A stretch of 64,000 bases of DNA from Candidatus Micrarchaeota archaeon. GTDB taxonomy: Archaea > B1Sed10-29. Below are positions 27,776 through 37,099 of this stretch, in pieces. Below the pieces are notes generated by a model. It ran no database searches and was not told the DNA's origin. It worked only from the letters and a program-made list of their open reading frames with translations. The DNA lies in the NCBI GenBank assembly GCA_964579265.1, contig CAZOFO010000001.1, positions 46,115 through 110,114 on the forward strand, given 5' to 3'. Position 1 is the first letter of the stretch. The number at the start of each line of letters is the position of its first letter. Both the position numbers and the translations under genes were made by a program.

Positions 27776-28058
27776 GTGGTGGACGTGCCCAGAGGTTGCT
27801 GGATCCTCATCGTAGTCGGCTACCCAACATACACCTCATCTCTGCGACCTTCTAGACACCCTGGATGTATGTTAGGGCTGCTCCCGCCAGGGCCTGACCC
27901 GGTTCCATACACCTAGAGTCCTAGAAGACAGAGAGTCGACGGTGTATGATGGACCGCTACGTTTATTAGATCCAGCTTCCGCTGGAACTCGCCTCTCCGT
28001 ATCGGGGTTTTGAGATTAATAGGAGACCCCTAACCTCCCGGCTCCAGTCCACCGTATT
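27776..28058 (-). ncRNA. ffs: signal recognition particle RNA (7S/SRP RNA)
   Basis: GC-rich ~283-nt non-coding island. On the minus strand it reads ...GGAACCGGGUCAGGCCCUGGCGGGAGCAGCC..., matching the conserved helix-8 motif (GGUCAGGUCC-GGAA-GGAAGCAGCC). Complementary termini (ACGGTGGAC.../...GTCCACC). 5' region has GGGG / CCCC loop pairs typical of the Alu domain. Ends are approximate. Confidence 0.75.
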
Positions 28059-28279
28059 AATTTTTTCGCTCCGGGTAGTTAAATCCTTTTTCTTTTTTAT
28101 GTTTTTCCAAAAAGTACTGCAATTATTTTACAAGCTGTTTTGGGTTAGTTAGGGGTCCTTTTCTCAGTCTGTAATTTGGAATTCTCTTTTTTAGACTGGC
28201 TTTTACCGAATCTTTTCCATGTTTAAACATAAGTAATAAAAAGTAGTTTAACCCAAATTTAATATGAGGTGACGCCATA

Positions 28280-29365
28280 GTGGAATCAATGGTAGAAAGA
28301 GCAGATGATGCTCATGAAGAAAAGAAAGAACAACAGGCCGAATTGATTGAAGGGCCCAACATACAAGTGATCGGAGCAGGAGGAGCAGGAAACAATACAG
28401 TTAACCGATTAGCTAGAATTGGTATTGAAGGAGCAGAAATGATTGCAGTAAATACTGACAAACAGCATTTAGGATTAGTACATGACTCGGTTAAGAAAAT
28501 ACTTGTTGGACAAAGTGTTACTCAAGGACTAGGAGCTGGTGGAGAACCTACAGTAGGAGCAAAAGCCGCTGAAGTTTCTCGAGGCACTCTAGCAGATGCT
28601 ATGGAAGGAGTAGACATGTTGTTCCTTACCGCCGGAATGGGTGGTGGAACAGGTACAGGAGCCGCTCCAATAATAGCTGACGTTGCAAAGGAACAAGGAG
28701 CAATAGTAATATCAATGGTAACATACCCATTCAAACTAGAAAAAGCTAGACTAGATAAAGCGGACGAAGGAATAAAGAAACTGAGAAATGCAGCTGACAC
28801 TGTAATTGTAATAGATAATAACCGACTAGTAGAGTTAGTACCAAACCTTCCAATGGAACAAGCTTTCTCAGTAGCTGATGAGGTAATTGCAAGAGCAGTA
28901 AAAGGAATAACTGAAACAATAACAACACCTTCTCTAATCAACTTAGACTACGCTGACGTTAGAGCAATAATGCAAGAAGCAGGAGTGTCAGTAATATCAG
29001 TAGGGGAAGCTAAAGGACACAGTAGAACTGAAGAAGCGGTTGAAGATACTCTAAAGAACAGCTTGCTCGATGTTGACTACGCTGGAGCACAGGGATGCTT
29101 GATACATATAACAGGCGGACCGGACATGACTCTAGGTGAAGCTAACGAGATAGGTGAAGAAGTAACAGAAGCAGTTGACCCAAGTGCAACAGTTATCTGG
29201 GGAGCTAGAGTAACACCTGAATACGAAGGAAAAGTGGAAGTAATATCCATAATGACAGGTGTACAATCACCCAATATTAGAGGACCGATGGGTGAAGGAA
29301 TGGAGTCTTCTTCAGAGAAACAAGTAGTTAAAGAAGGAGAACTAGGAATAGATTACCTGAAGTAG
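28280..29365 (+). CDS. ftsZ: cell division GTPase FtsZ
   Basis: [12 protein letters not shown], tubulin signature [11 protein letters not shown]7-loop region NNRL..VPNL..FSVADEV. Start is either GTG 28280 or ATG 28289. Confidence 0.9.
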   Translation: MESMVERADDAHEEKKEQQAELIEGPNIQVIGAGGAGNNTVNRLARIGIEGAEMIAVNTDKQHLGLVHDSVKKILVGQSVTQGLGAGGEPTVGAKAAEVSRGTLADAMEGVDMLFLTAGMGGGTGTGAAPIIADVAKEQGAIVISMVTYPFKLEKARLDKADEGIKKLRNAADTVIVIDNNRLVELVPNLPMEQAFSVADEVIARAVKGITETITTPSLINLDYADVRAIMQEAGVSVISVGEAKGHSRTEEAVEDTLKNSLLDVDYAGAQGCLIHITGGPDMTLGEANEIGEEVTEAVDPSATVIWGARVTPEYEGKVEVISIMTGVQSPNIRGPMGEGMESSSEKQVVKEGELGIDYLK

Positions 29366-29410
29366 GTTTTATTAGAAGAAAACCGGAAAAAGTAGTAGAA
29401 GGATTCAGGG

Positions 29411-29456
29411 ACCTGCTGAAACAGGTTTTCCTGGTATCTTTATTTTTATCTTTTTT
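29411..29456 (+). terminator. hairpin + T-rich tract downstream of ftsZ
   Basis: ACCTG-CTGAAA-CAGGT stem-loop followed by TTTTCCTGGTATCTTTATTTTTATCTTTTTT. Confidence 0.3.
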
Positions 29457-29483
29457 ATCCAATTCTTAGTTTTTGCATTAGTT

Positions 29484-30770
29484 CTAGAAGAAGTAAGGAA
29501 GTACATTTATTATTAGCATGATAGTGACTATTACCGTTAATATTAACGATACAATTTTACCTGTTTTCTCTGAATCTATCCCTGCTTTTTCACCGTAGAA
29601 ACCAGCTATGTCTTCTGTTATCCTTGCTCCATCAAATATAGCGAAGGGAAGGTAGTTTATAACTCCTATTAAAAAGTTAAGAAGAACTATCCAGGTAAAT
29701 ATCTCTATTATATGGTTTTTTATGAAGTACCCTGGTCCTAATATTCCTTTTTCCTCTTGTCTAACTGATATGCCTAGACTGCCGTACATATCCGTTTTTC
29801 CATCTATCTCTCCTTTATCTGTTTCTAGAGTTATCTCTTGTCCTGGTTCTTCTAATTCGTATATCTCTTCAATATTGTATATCTTTGTACCTGTTTCTAG
29901 TTCTCCATGGAAAGGAGACTCTTCAGGAACTTCAGTTACTTCCCAGTACTCTATATTTTCTATTGCTTGTTGTTGTAGTCCTGGGGCTATGAAAAGTTGT
30001 AGTGGAAGTAAGAAGACTAATCCTATTGCAAATGCGGTGATGAAATTATTCATGGATCCTATTGAATAGACTCTTGTTCTTTTCTTTTTAGATGTTTCCT
30101 CTAATTCTTCTTCATCTGGTTCGGTAAATGCTCCTATTGGAATTATACCTAGTGTTAACAGTCCCACTGATTTTACTGCTATTCCTTCTACCCTTGCTAC
30201 TATGCCGTGTCCCCATTCGTGGACTATTAGTAGTATTACCAATCCTATTAGAGCTGATATTGGCACTTGTAGGGGCACACCTGGAACTTCTACTCCTGGT
30301 ATGACAGGAGCTACTCCTGGCATAGCTGCTTCTCCTGCTAAGAGGTCACTTATTATCATTCCAGATTGGTGTAAGAGAGCTAGAAATGCAAATCCTCCTA
30401 TACCTGTGATTACAGTTACTATCCCTGAGACACTTGTACCTATTGCTCCTGATGGGATTATTATGAATGCTATGGATGATATCAAAAATACTATGTAGTA
30501 TAGAATTATTTTTCCTGCTTTTTTCTTTTGTTGGTAGAGGAGAAATATGGCTGAGATTAATCCAAATGAAAAAACTATCCCTAGATCAGCTATTGTTCTC
30601 CATAGTTTTTCTTTTTCTGATAGTTTTTCAATGATCCCTAGGCTTTTTTTAGTCTTCCATAGGCACAGAGGTCCGTGTATCTCTGCATTTGTTTTCTTTT
30701 TAAATATTAGAGCTGGTACTGTGGCTAATATAGCTATTACTATTAGTATTATCGCTGTTGATGAAATCAT
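29484..30770 (-). CDS. site-2 protease (M50 family intramembrane zinc metalloprotease) with PDZ-like insert
   Basis: HExxH in TM (LLIVHEWGHGIVARVEGI) and the second zinc-ligand motif (NYLPFAIFDGARI); multi-TM. Confidence 0.75.
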   Translation of the reverse strand: MISSTAIILIVIAILATVPALIFKKKTNAEIHGPLCLWKTKKSLGIIEKLSEKEKLWRTIADLGIVFSFGLISAIFLLYQQKKKAGKIILYYIVFLISSIAFIIIPSGAIGTSVSGIVTVITGIGGFAFLALLHQSGMIISDLLAGEAAMPGVAPVIPGVEVPGVPLQVPISALIGLVILLIVHEWGHGIVARVEGIAVKSVGLLTLGIIPIGAFTEPDEEELEETSKKKRTRVYSIGSMNNFITAFAIGLVFLLPLQLFIAPGLQQQAIENIEYWEVTEVPEESPFHGELETGTKIYNIEEIYELEEPGQEITLETDKGEIDGKTDMYGSLGISVRQEEKGILGPGYFIKNHIIEIFTWIVLLNFLIGVINYLPFAIFDGARITEDIAGFYGEKAGIDSEKTGKIVSLILTVIVTIMLIINVLPYFF

Positions 30771-30794
30771 TGTTTTTCTCTTTTTTTATATTTT

Positions 30795-31262
30795 TTAACT
30801 TTCTTTTATCTCTATTACGTCTCCTATTGTAGCTTTCTTCTTTTTTTTCTTCTTTTTCTTGTAATCTTTTGAGCTGGAGATCTTTCTGTATAATTCTATA
30901 TCCAATTCTTTTTTTATTTTCTTTATTGTTTTTTCCAATGGCTTTATTTTTTGGCTTTCTATTTTCTTGATGGTCGATTCTTTTTCGTTTATCCTGTTGG
31001 AGAGTTCTTCTTGAGTTATTCCTATTTTTTCTCTTTCTTTTTTTATTTTTTTTCCGTATTTTGGGATTAGTTCTTTCTCTGGCTTTTCTTTTCTACTTTT
31101 GTTTTTCTCTTTTTTCTTCTTTTTCTTCTTTTTTTCCTTTTTCTCTTTTCTTATTTCTTTTCCATGGTCTCTACAGTTTTTACATACTTTTAATTTTGAA
31201 TTACCTACTTTAGTTATCCATCTTTGTTTTGTTTCTTTTCCACAGATTTCGCAGTCTTTCAT
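30795..31262 (-). CDS. archaeal multiprotein-bridging factor 1 (aMBF1): N-terminal zinc ribbon + XRE-type HTH
   Basis: CEICG...CKNC zinc ribbon, poly-K linker, then HTH (REKIGITQEELSNRINEKESTIKKIE). Confidence 0.7.
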   Translation of the reverse strand: MKDCEICGKETKQRWITKVGNSKLKVCKNCRDHGKEIRKEKKEKKKKKKKKEKNKSRKEKPEKELIPKYGKKIKKEREKIGITQEELSNRINEKESTIKKIESQKIKPLEKTIKKIKKELDIELYRKISSSKDYKKKKKKKKKATIGDVIEIKES

Positions 31263-31275
31263 CTGGGATCATTTT

Positions 31276-31779
31276 TTATTTTTCAATTGTTTCTTTATTT
31301 TCAGAATCTTGTTTTTCTTTTTCTATTTTTACTTCTAGGATATTGTTCTTGTAGTTTTTTTCCTTTATCTCCTTTATTATCCCTGCTATTGGACATTCTT
31401 TATACCTTTCAGGTGTTTTTATTACTAATTTGTTATTCTCTATTTTTGTTTCTATTTCATCTTTTTCTAGTTCTTCTTTTATCTCCATGAGTACGCTTAC
31501 TTTGTCTCCTTTGTCTATCACGTCCAGCATTTCTGAGGTTTCTTTTGGTTTTCTTTGTTGTGTTAGGCTGGATCTTATTTCAACGGGTTTTTCTCCAGTT
31601 TTTTCCATAGAGAAGTTCACTTCTATGTTTTTAGGGTTTCTTATTTCCCCTTTTTCTTTCCTGAGGTTTTCTTCGAAGGTTGAGTCCATCATTTCGTCCA
31701 TTTTCCTCTGCATTTCCTCAAAGATTTCTTCTATTGGGGTTCTTTCTTTTCTTTCATTTCCTTCGTTTTCCGATTCCAT
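31276..31779 (-). CDS. small heat-shock protein (Hsp20/alpha-crystallin)-like
   Basis: Alpha-crystallin-domain-like segment (LDVIDKGDKVSVLMEIKEELEKDEIETKIENNKLVIKT...KNYKNNILEVKIEKE). More diverged than the Hsp20 at 34934. Confidence 0.45.
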   Translation of the reverse strand: MESENEGNERKERTPIEEIFEEMQRKMDEMMDSTFEENLRKEKGEIRNPKNIEVNFSMEKTGEKPVEIRSSLTQQRKPKETSEMLDVIDKGDKVSVLMEIKEELEKDEIETKIENNKLVIKTPERYKECPIAGIIKEIKEKNYKNNILEVKIEKEKQDSENKETIEK

Positions 31780-31884
31780 CTTAATCTCCTCTTGATGTGT
31801 AGATATTTAAAGATTTTGTGGTTTAAAACTCTTTCTCTGCCTTACTTTTTCATTTTTTTGCATTTTTTTCCTTTTTATAGTTTT

Positions 31885-33000
31885 TTATTGTTTCAGGTTT
31901 TTAGATAGTTTTTTAAGAGCTTTTCTCTTCTCTTTTTTGTTTATTTCGGATTGTTCTATGGTTTTTTCCAGTGTCTTTGTTGTTTCGTTGTATCTTTTTT
32001 TGTTTACTGGGTACGGGTATCCGTCTTTTCCTCCGTGTGCAAATGAGTATGTTGCTGGATCTTCGAAACTTGGTTTTTCATTGTATATCAGATCTGATAT
32101 TAGTGCCAGTGCTCTTAGTGTTTTTTTACCTATCCCTTCTATTTGCACTAGTTCTTTATAGTCTTTTGGTTGTATTTCTTCTGCTTTATTAAGTGCTTTT
32201 TTTATTTGAGGACTCATTTTTACTTCGTGTCTTGGTGATAGGGTTTTTTCTTTTTTTGTTTGTTCTATTAGGTTCGGAGGTTGTTCTTTATTTAGTGTTT
32301 TTTGTCCTTTTGGTCTGAAGTATTTTTCTATTTGTTCTCCGTCTTTTACTAAATCTACACTGATTTTTCTTGTTTTTTTACTTTTTTTAGATGTCAGGTC
32401 CAGTGTTTTTGTTTTTTCTTGAGTTGATATTCCTTCGTGCGGTTCTTCTATTGTATTTTCTGGGGAGTACCAGTGGTATCTTCTTGCGTATCCTTTTTTA
32501 TCTTGTTCTTTCATTCCTTGTTGTATCACTGTCCATTCTCCTTTTTCTGTGAAGAAGAAGGTATGGTGATAAAGAGTATGTTGGTCTTGTAGACAGTTTG
32601 AATCTATTTTAGCGCTTAATCTACTTTTCAATTTTAGTTCTTCTGCTTTGCTTGGTTTTACTTCTAGTTTTTTGGCTTTTTCTATTATTTGTTGTGGTGT
32701 TTTTCTGGAGGTTTTTCCTTTTCCTCCGCATACGGCTATTCCTTTGTTTTGTTCGTTTAGAGATTCTCTTAGGGCTGCTGTTGTTACTGTAGTTACTCCT
32801 GAACTATGCCAGTCATAACCTAATGCGCAGGAGAGAGATTGGAACCATGTTGGATCGCTTAATTTTCTTAAAAATTCTTCTTGTCCTTTTTCTTCTATTA
32901 TTGTAGCTGTTATTGGTTTGGCTAGTTTTTTCATTTTGCCGTATAGCCACTTTGGACATTTTCCTCCGTGTAGAGGTAGATTAATCGTTTTTCTTTCCAA
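31885..33000 (-). CDS. conserved hypothetical protein (371 aa), possibly DUF763-like
   Basis: ORF with globular N-terminal half (WHSSGVTTVTTAALRESL..., RYHWYSPEN) and K-rich C-terminal half. Domain assignment uncertain. Confidence 0.35.
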   Translation of the reverse strand: MERKTINLPLHGGKCPKWLYGKMKKLAKPITATIIEEKGQEEFLRKLSDPTWFQSLSCALGYDWHSSGVTTVTTAALRESLNEQNKGIAVCGGKGKTSRKTPQQIIEKAKKLEVKPSKAEELKLKSRLSAKIDSNCLQDQHTLYHHTFFFTEKGEWTVIQQGMKEQDKKGYARRYHWYSPENTIEEPHEGISTQEKTKTLDLTSKKSKKTRKISVDLVKDGEQIEKYFRPKGQKTLNKEQPPNLIEQTKKEKTLSPRHEVKMSPQIKKALNKAEEIQPKDYKELVQIEGIGKKTLRALALISDLIYNEKPSFEDPATYSFAHGGKDGYPYPVNKKRYNETTKTLEKTIEQSEINKKEKRKALKKLSKNLKQ

Positions 33001-33045
33001 TTTTTATTCCTTTTTAATGTTTTTTTAATGGTTTTAAATTTTTAT

Positions 33046-33942
33046 CTATGAATAGTAGTCTTTTATTCTTTCTTTAAGCATTATTAAGTCATCTTTTTCT
33101 TTTATTTCTTCTTTGTGTTTTTTAATATTCGGTTTGACGTCTATTTTAAATAATTTGTTTTCTTCTCCTCCTATCTCTGTTTCATGTTCCATTTCTCCGG
33201 TTGGTAGGCTAAATTTCATTTTGGTTTCTCCACTGGTTTCTTTTACTTTTTTCACGTGGTATAGTAGTTCTTTGTCTTCCGATTCTATGCAGAAGCTTGA
33301 TCCTTCTCTTGCATATTCTATTTCCGGCATTATCTCTTTCTCTATCTCTTTACCCATTTCTTCTAGGTTCATTGGTCTTTGTGATAGATATTTCTTTTTA
33401 AATCCTTTATTCTTGATTTTTACTATTATCTCTTCTTCTCCTTCCAGTATCTTTTGTTTTTCTAGTTCTAGTTTTTGATCTTCCAATATTTCTTTTAGTG
33501 TTTTCTTTTTTTCTTTTTCTTTTAAGAATCCTTTATAAGTTGCTTTGAGAGGATATATATAGTCTATAGGTAGGATAAGTATTATTTTACCGTTCTTTTT
33601 TACTTTTTTAGTTGTTTCTTCCAGTTTTTGTATTTGGTTTGGTCTTTCGTCTACTATTGTTTTGTATTTTTTATCTTCTTTTTTTATTTTTCCTATTCTG
33701 TATGTTGTGTAGGGTATTCCTTCTTTTTTATCTTCTTTTTTACCTTGTCTCATTGCTTCTTCTTCAGTTTTTATAGAGGAGTCTTGAGGTATTATTGCTC
33801 TTGATTTTATTTCCTTTCCTTTTTTCTTCAGTTTACCTGCAGTATAGAGAGCTCTAGATAGAGATTTTTCTCCTAGGAAGAGTGCTTTTTCGTTTTCCTC
33901 TATGTGTTTTTTTATTTCTTTGTAGATTATTTTTTCTTTCAT
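33046..33942 (-). CDS. hypothetical K/E-rich protein (298 aa)
   Basis: ORF only. Confidence 0.35.
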   Translation of the reverse strand: MKEKIIYKEIKKHIEENEKALFLGEKSLSRALYTAGKLKKKGKEIKSRAIIPQDSSIKTEEEAMRQGKKEDKKEGIPYTTYRIGKIKKEDKKYKTIVDERPNQIQKLEETTKKVKKNGKIILILPIDYIYPLKATYKGFLKEKEKKKTLKEILEDQKLELEKQKILEGEEEIIVKIKNKGFKKKYLSQRPMNLEEMGKEIEKEIMPEIEYAREGSSFCIESEDKELLYHVKKVKETSGETKMKFSLPTGEMEHETEIGGEENKLFKIDVKPNIKKHKEEIKEKDDLIMLKERIKDYYS

Positions 33943-34025
33943 TTTTATCGTTTGTTTCCTGGTTAGATTTTTTGTTCAGTAATGTTTTTAAACCTGGAGT
34001 TATTTAGATTTAGTGGTGAAGAAAA

Positions 34026-34262
34026 ATGGCTATAGAGATATCTAAGGTTTACGGTAAAAAAATTTATGATACAGAAGGAAAACAAATTGGAGAAGCTAAT
34101 GACCTTATCTTGGATGCTGAAGAAGGTAAGGCAGTAAGAATAACTACTAAGGAACTTAGTAATCTTTCAAATAAAAGAGAACTTTCTCAAACACTTAAAG
34201 AAAACAGTGTTCTTTACGAGAGAGTTGAATCTGTTTCTGATATAATCTTAGTTAACAAATAG
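34026..34262 (+). CDS. PRC-barrel domain protein (78 aa)
   Basis: VYGKKIYDTEGKQIGEANDLILDAEEGKAV matches the PRC-barrel pattern (V.G..V.d..G..iG.v.D..id...g.i). Confidence 0.5.
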   Translation: MAIEISKVYGKKIYDTEGKQIGEANDLILDAEEGKAVRITTKELSNLSNKRELSQTLKENSVLYERVESVSDIILVNK

Positions 34263-34283
34263 GTCTTATAACCGGATCTATTT

Positions 34284-34856
34284 CTATTTATTCTCTTTTT
34301 TCTGATTTGTTTTATTTCTTTGTTTTTTATTTTCTTCCGGTACTTTTTCTATTATTCCTTTTTCTTTTAATCTCTGTATTATTTCTTCGCTGGTTATTAA
34401 TCCTTCTTCTATTGCTTGTTGAAATGCTTTTTTCCCTGTTTCTGGTGTCATTTTGAATTCTTTACCTTCTTTTGAGGAAATCATTTCAGCTTTTCTTTCT
34501 ATTTCTTTTCCTAGTGGTCCTAGTTCTTTTTCAATTTCTTCTTTTATTTTTTCGATCTCTTCTTGATTTCTTTTTGCTGCTTCTACGCTTATTCCTTTTT
34601 CTTTTGCTTGTTCAAGTATTTTTCCAGTTTTTTCTTTTCCTTTTTTCTTTATTATTTCTTCGATTTTTTTGGGGTTTACTTTTCCTTCTAGTTCTTTGTT
34701 TTTAATGAGTTTTAGTGCCTCTTCTTTTCTTTTTTTATTGAGTTGTTCTTTGAACTTTTCTATGGCTTCTTTTGATTTGTCTACTTGTTCCTTTGGCACT
34801 ATCTTTCCTTTTTTCCTTTTTTTGAGTTTTTTACTTTTTTCTTGTTTATTTATCAT
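34284..34856 (-). CDS. hypothetical K/E-rich protein (190 aa)
   Basis: ORF; low-complexity charged sequence. Confidence 0.3.
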   Translation of the reverse strand: MINKQEKSKKLKKRKKGKIVPKEQVDKSKEAIEKFKEQLNKKRKEEALKLIKNKELEGKVNPKKIEEIIKKKGKEKTGKILEQAKEKGISVEAAKRNQEEIEKIKEEIEKELGPLGKEIERKAEMISSKEGKEFKMTPETGKKAFQQAIEEGLITSEEIIQRLKEKGIIEKVPEENKKQRNKTNQKKENK

Positions 34857-34933
34857 TGTATATTCTATTTTCTCTATCCATTTATTTTTTTGTATATTGG
34901 GTTTATAAGAAAGAGAAATAGAGAAATAGGGTT

Positions 34934-35353
34934 TTAGTTTATTGGTACGTTTGTTCCTTCTTCTTCTACGTGTTTTTTAGGTAATTCTATTTCTAGTATT
35001 CCGTTTTTGTAGTTTGCTTCTGCTTTTTCTGGTTTTACTTCTGCTGGTAGGTCCACGTATCTTTTGTAAGATTTGTTGCTTCTTTCTCTGTAGTAGTATC
35101 CTCTTTCTCCCTCTTCTTCCGTTTTTCCTTTTTTTATTTCTGCCTTTATTTCTACTGAGGTTGGTTCTGCGTTTATTTCTATGTCTTCTTTGTTTACTCC
35201 TGGTAGTTCTGTTATTACTGTGATTTTTTCTGCTTTGTCTACTACGTCTACTTCTGGTCTTTGGAATTCTGATACTGAGAAGTCTTCAAATCCACCTAAT
35301 AGCCTGTTCATTCTTTTTCTCATTTCTTCGAAGTCTTTGATTGGGTCTTTCAT
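34934..35353 (-). CDS. small heat-shock protein, Hsp20/alpha-crystallin family
   Basis: VDVVDKAEKITVITELPGVNKEDIEINAEPTSVEIKAE...YKRYVDLPAEVKPEKAEANYKNGILEIELPKK is a canonical alpha-crystallin domain. Confidence 0.8.
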   Translation of the reverse strand: MKDPIKDFEEMRKRMNRLLGGFEDFSVSEFQRPEVDVVDKAEKITVITELPGVNKEDIEINAEPTSVEIKAEIKKGKTEEEGERGYYYRERSNKSYKRYVDLPAEVKPEKAEANYKNGILEIELPKKHVEEEGTNVPIN

Positions 35354-35355
35354 TT

Positions 35356-35631
35356 TCAGTCACCTCCTTCTTTTTTTCTTTTCTGCATCTGTTTTTTCTT
35401 TTGTAGGGCTCGTTTCTTTTCTTTCTTTTGGATATTTTTAAATTTTTTCATGTATTCTTTCCATTCTGGTTCTTCCACTTCTTCCTCTTCTTCAAGTTCT
35501 TTTAGTTCTTCTATTAGTTTTTTGGTGTCTTCGTGCCACTCTTTTATGTGTACTCTTTTCACTTGCATATCGTATAGTGCTGCTTCTATTATATTTTTCT
35601 TTCTCTCTATTTCTTCTTCCATTACATCCAT
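35356..35631 (-). CDS. hypothetical charged protein (91 aa)
   Basis: ORF only; 3-nt gap to hsp20. Confidence 0.3.
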   Translation of the reverse strand: MDVMEEEIERKKNIIEAALYDMQVKRVHIKEWHEDTKKLIEELKELEEEEEVEEPEWKEYMKKFKNIQKKEKKRALQKKKQMQKRKKEGGD

Positions 35632-35639
35632 TTTAATCT

Positions 35640-36959
35640 CTATTTTATCTTTTTTACCAGTTCATTTATTTCTTTCTCTATACCTGGTTTTGTTTTTTCT
35701 TCTAGTTCGTAGGTCACTCTAACTGCTGGTTTATCTATATCTAGTATTCTTTTCAAGTTTATTGGAGTCCCTATTACAGCTGCCTCTGCTGGTGAATCGT
35801 TTATTGTTTTTTCCAGTTCTTTTATCTGTTTTTCCGAGTACCCCATTGCCGGTAGGACTTTCCCAACATCGTGTTTTCTATAAGTTTGTTTTATTGATCC
35901 CATTGCATATTTTCCAGGATCTATTAATTCTGCATTGTTTCTTTTTGCTGCTATTGCTCCTGCTCCTTCTTTCAGTTCTCCGTGGGTTAGTGTTGGTCCG
36001 TCTTCCACTACAATTACTTTCTTATTTTTTATTAGGTCTGGTTTATCTACATCTATCTTTGATGCTGCTTTTATTATTCTTGCTTCAGGGTTATTTTTCT
36101 TTATATTTTGTTCTACTTGTTTCACGTTTTCTTTTTCAGCTGTTTCTACTTTGTTTATTACTGCGGTATCGCACATGTGCATGTTTATCTCTCCAGGGTA
36201 ATAATTGATCTCGTGTCCTGGCCTGTGAGGGTCAAATATAGTTATCCATTGGTCTGGTTTGTAGAATGGAGGGTCATTGTTTCCTCCGTCCCATATTATC
36301 ACTTCATTATCTTTCTCAGCTTTTTCAAGTATTTCATGGTAGTCCACTCCTGCGTATACTGTTGCTCCTTTTTCTATATGAGGTTCGTATTCTTCTCTTT
36401 CTTCTATAGTGCATTCTTCTTTATCCAGGTCTTCGTAATCTTCGAAGATCTGTGTTCTCTGCTTTTTTAGATCTCCATAAGGCATAGGGTGTCTAACTAC
36501 TGCAGCATCAATTTCTTCTTCTCTAAGTTTTTCTAATACTTTTCTAGATGTCTGGCTCTTTCCAGCTCCTGTTCTCACTGCAGTAACTGCTACAACAGGT
36601 ATATTTGATTCTAACATGGTGTTATGAGGAGCTACTAATCTAAAATCTGCTCCTGCAGAGTTTACTCTAGCTGATTTCCTCATCACATCTACATAGTTCA
36701 AGTCAGAATAGGATAGAATAACTTCGTCTATTTTCTCTTCTTTTATTATCTTCTCTAGGTTAGCTTCTTTTCTTATCGGTATTCCTTCAGGGTAGTTTTC
36801 TCCTGCTAGCTCTGCAGGGTATTCTCTGTTGGTTATGTCCGGTATCTGAGCGGCAGTGAAACACACTACCTCTACATCTTTTCTCTCTCTGTAGAGACAG
36901 TTGAAGTTGTGGAAGTCTCTTCCTGCTGCACCCATTATAAGTACTCTTTTTTTATTCAT
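35640..36959 (-). CDS. P-loop NTPase-domain protein (cyclic 2,3-diphosphoglycerate synthetase-like / DUF1611-like; tentative)
   Basis: N-terminal Rossmann-like start (VLIMGAAGRDFHNF) and P-loop-like VVAVTAVRTGAGKSQTSRKV; 439 aa. Family name is from memory and unverified. Confidence 0.35.
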   Translation of the reverse strand: MNKKRVLIMGAAGRDFHNFNCLYRERKDVEVVCFTAAQIPDITNREYPAELAGENYPEGIPIRKEANLEKIIKEEKIDEVILSYSDLNYVDVMRKSARVNSAGADFRLVAPHNTMLESNIPVVAVTAVRTGAGKSQTSRKVLEKLREEEIDAAVVRHPMPYGDLKKQRTQIFEDYEDLDKEECTIEEREEYEPHIEKGATVYAGVDYHEILEKAEKDNEVIIWDGGNNDPPFYKPDQWITIFDPHRPGHEINYYPGEINMHMCDTAVINKVETAEKENVKQVEQNIKKNNPEARIIKAASKIDVDKPDLIKNKKVIVVEDGPTLTHGELKEGAGAIAAKRNNAELIDPGKYAMGSIKQTYRKHDVGKVLPAMGYSEKQIKELEKTINDSPAEAAVIGTPINLKRILDIDKPAVRVTYELEEKTKPGIEKEINELVKKIK

Positions 36960-37010
36960 TTTCCACCTCTTTTTCTTAAGATTTTTTAAGTTTTATCGAG
37001 CTTTTCGTAT

Positions 37011-37090
37011 AATGTAAATGTTCCTACATTTATATTATTTATCCTCATTCCATAGACATTTATATACTTCAAATGTTTATCTGTAAATGT
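37011..37090 (+). promoter_or_regulatory. cluster of AAATGT / ACATTT hexamers (inverted and direct repeats) upstream of the 37100 gene
   Basis: AAATGT at 37016, 37071 and 37085; ACATTT at 37026 and 37056. They form AAATGT-tcct-ACATTT and ACATTT-n9-AAATGT palindromic pairs within 80 nt of the ATG. Confidence 0.3.
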
Positions 37091-37099
37091 GATCAAAAG

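Noticed and set aside
28059-28279. Possible additional small gene or RNA in the 220-nt spacer between SRP RNA and ftsZ
   Set aside because: AT-rich, no ORF of 30 aa or more with coding-like composition, no GC-rich structured island. Interpreted as divergent promoter region for SRP RNA and ftsZ.
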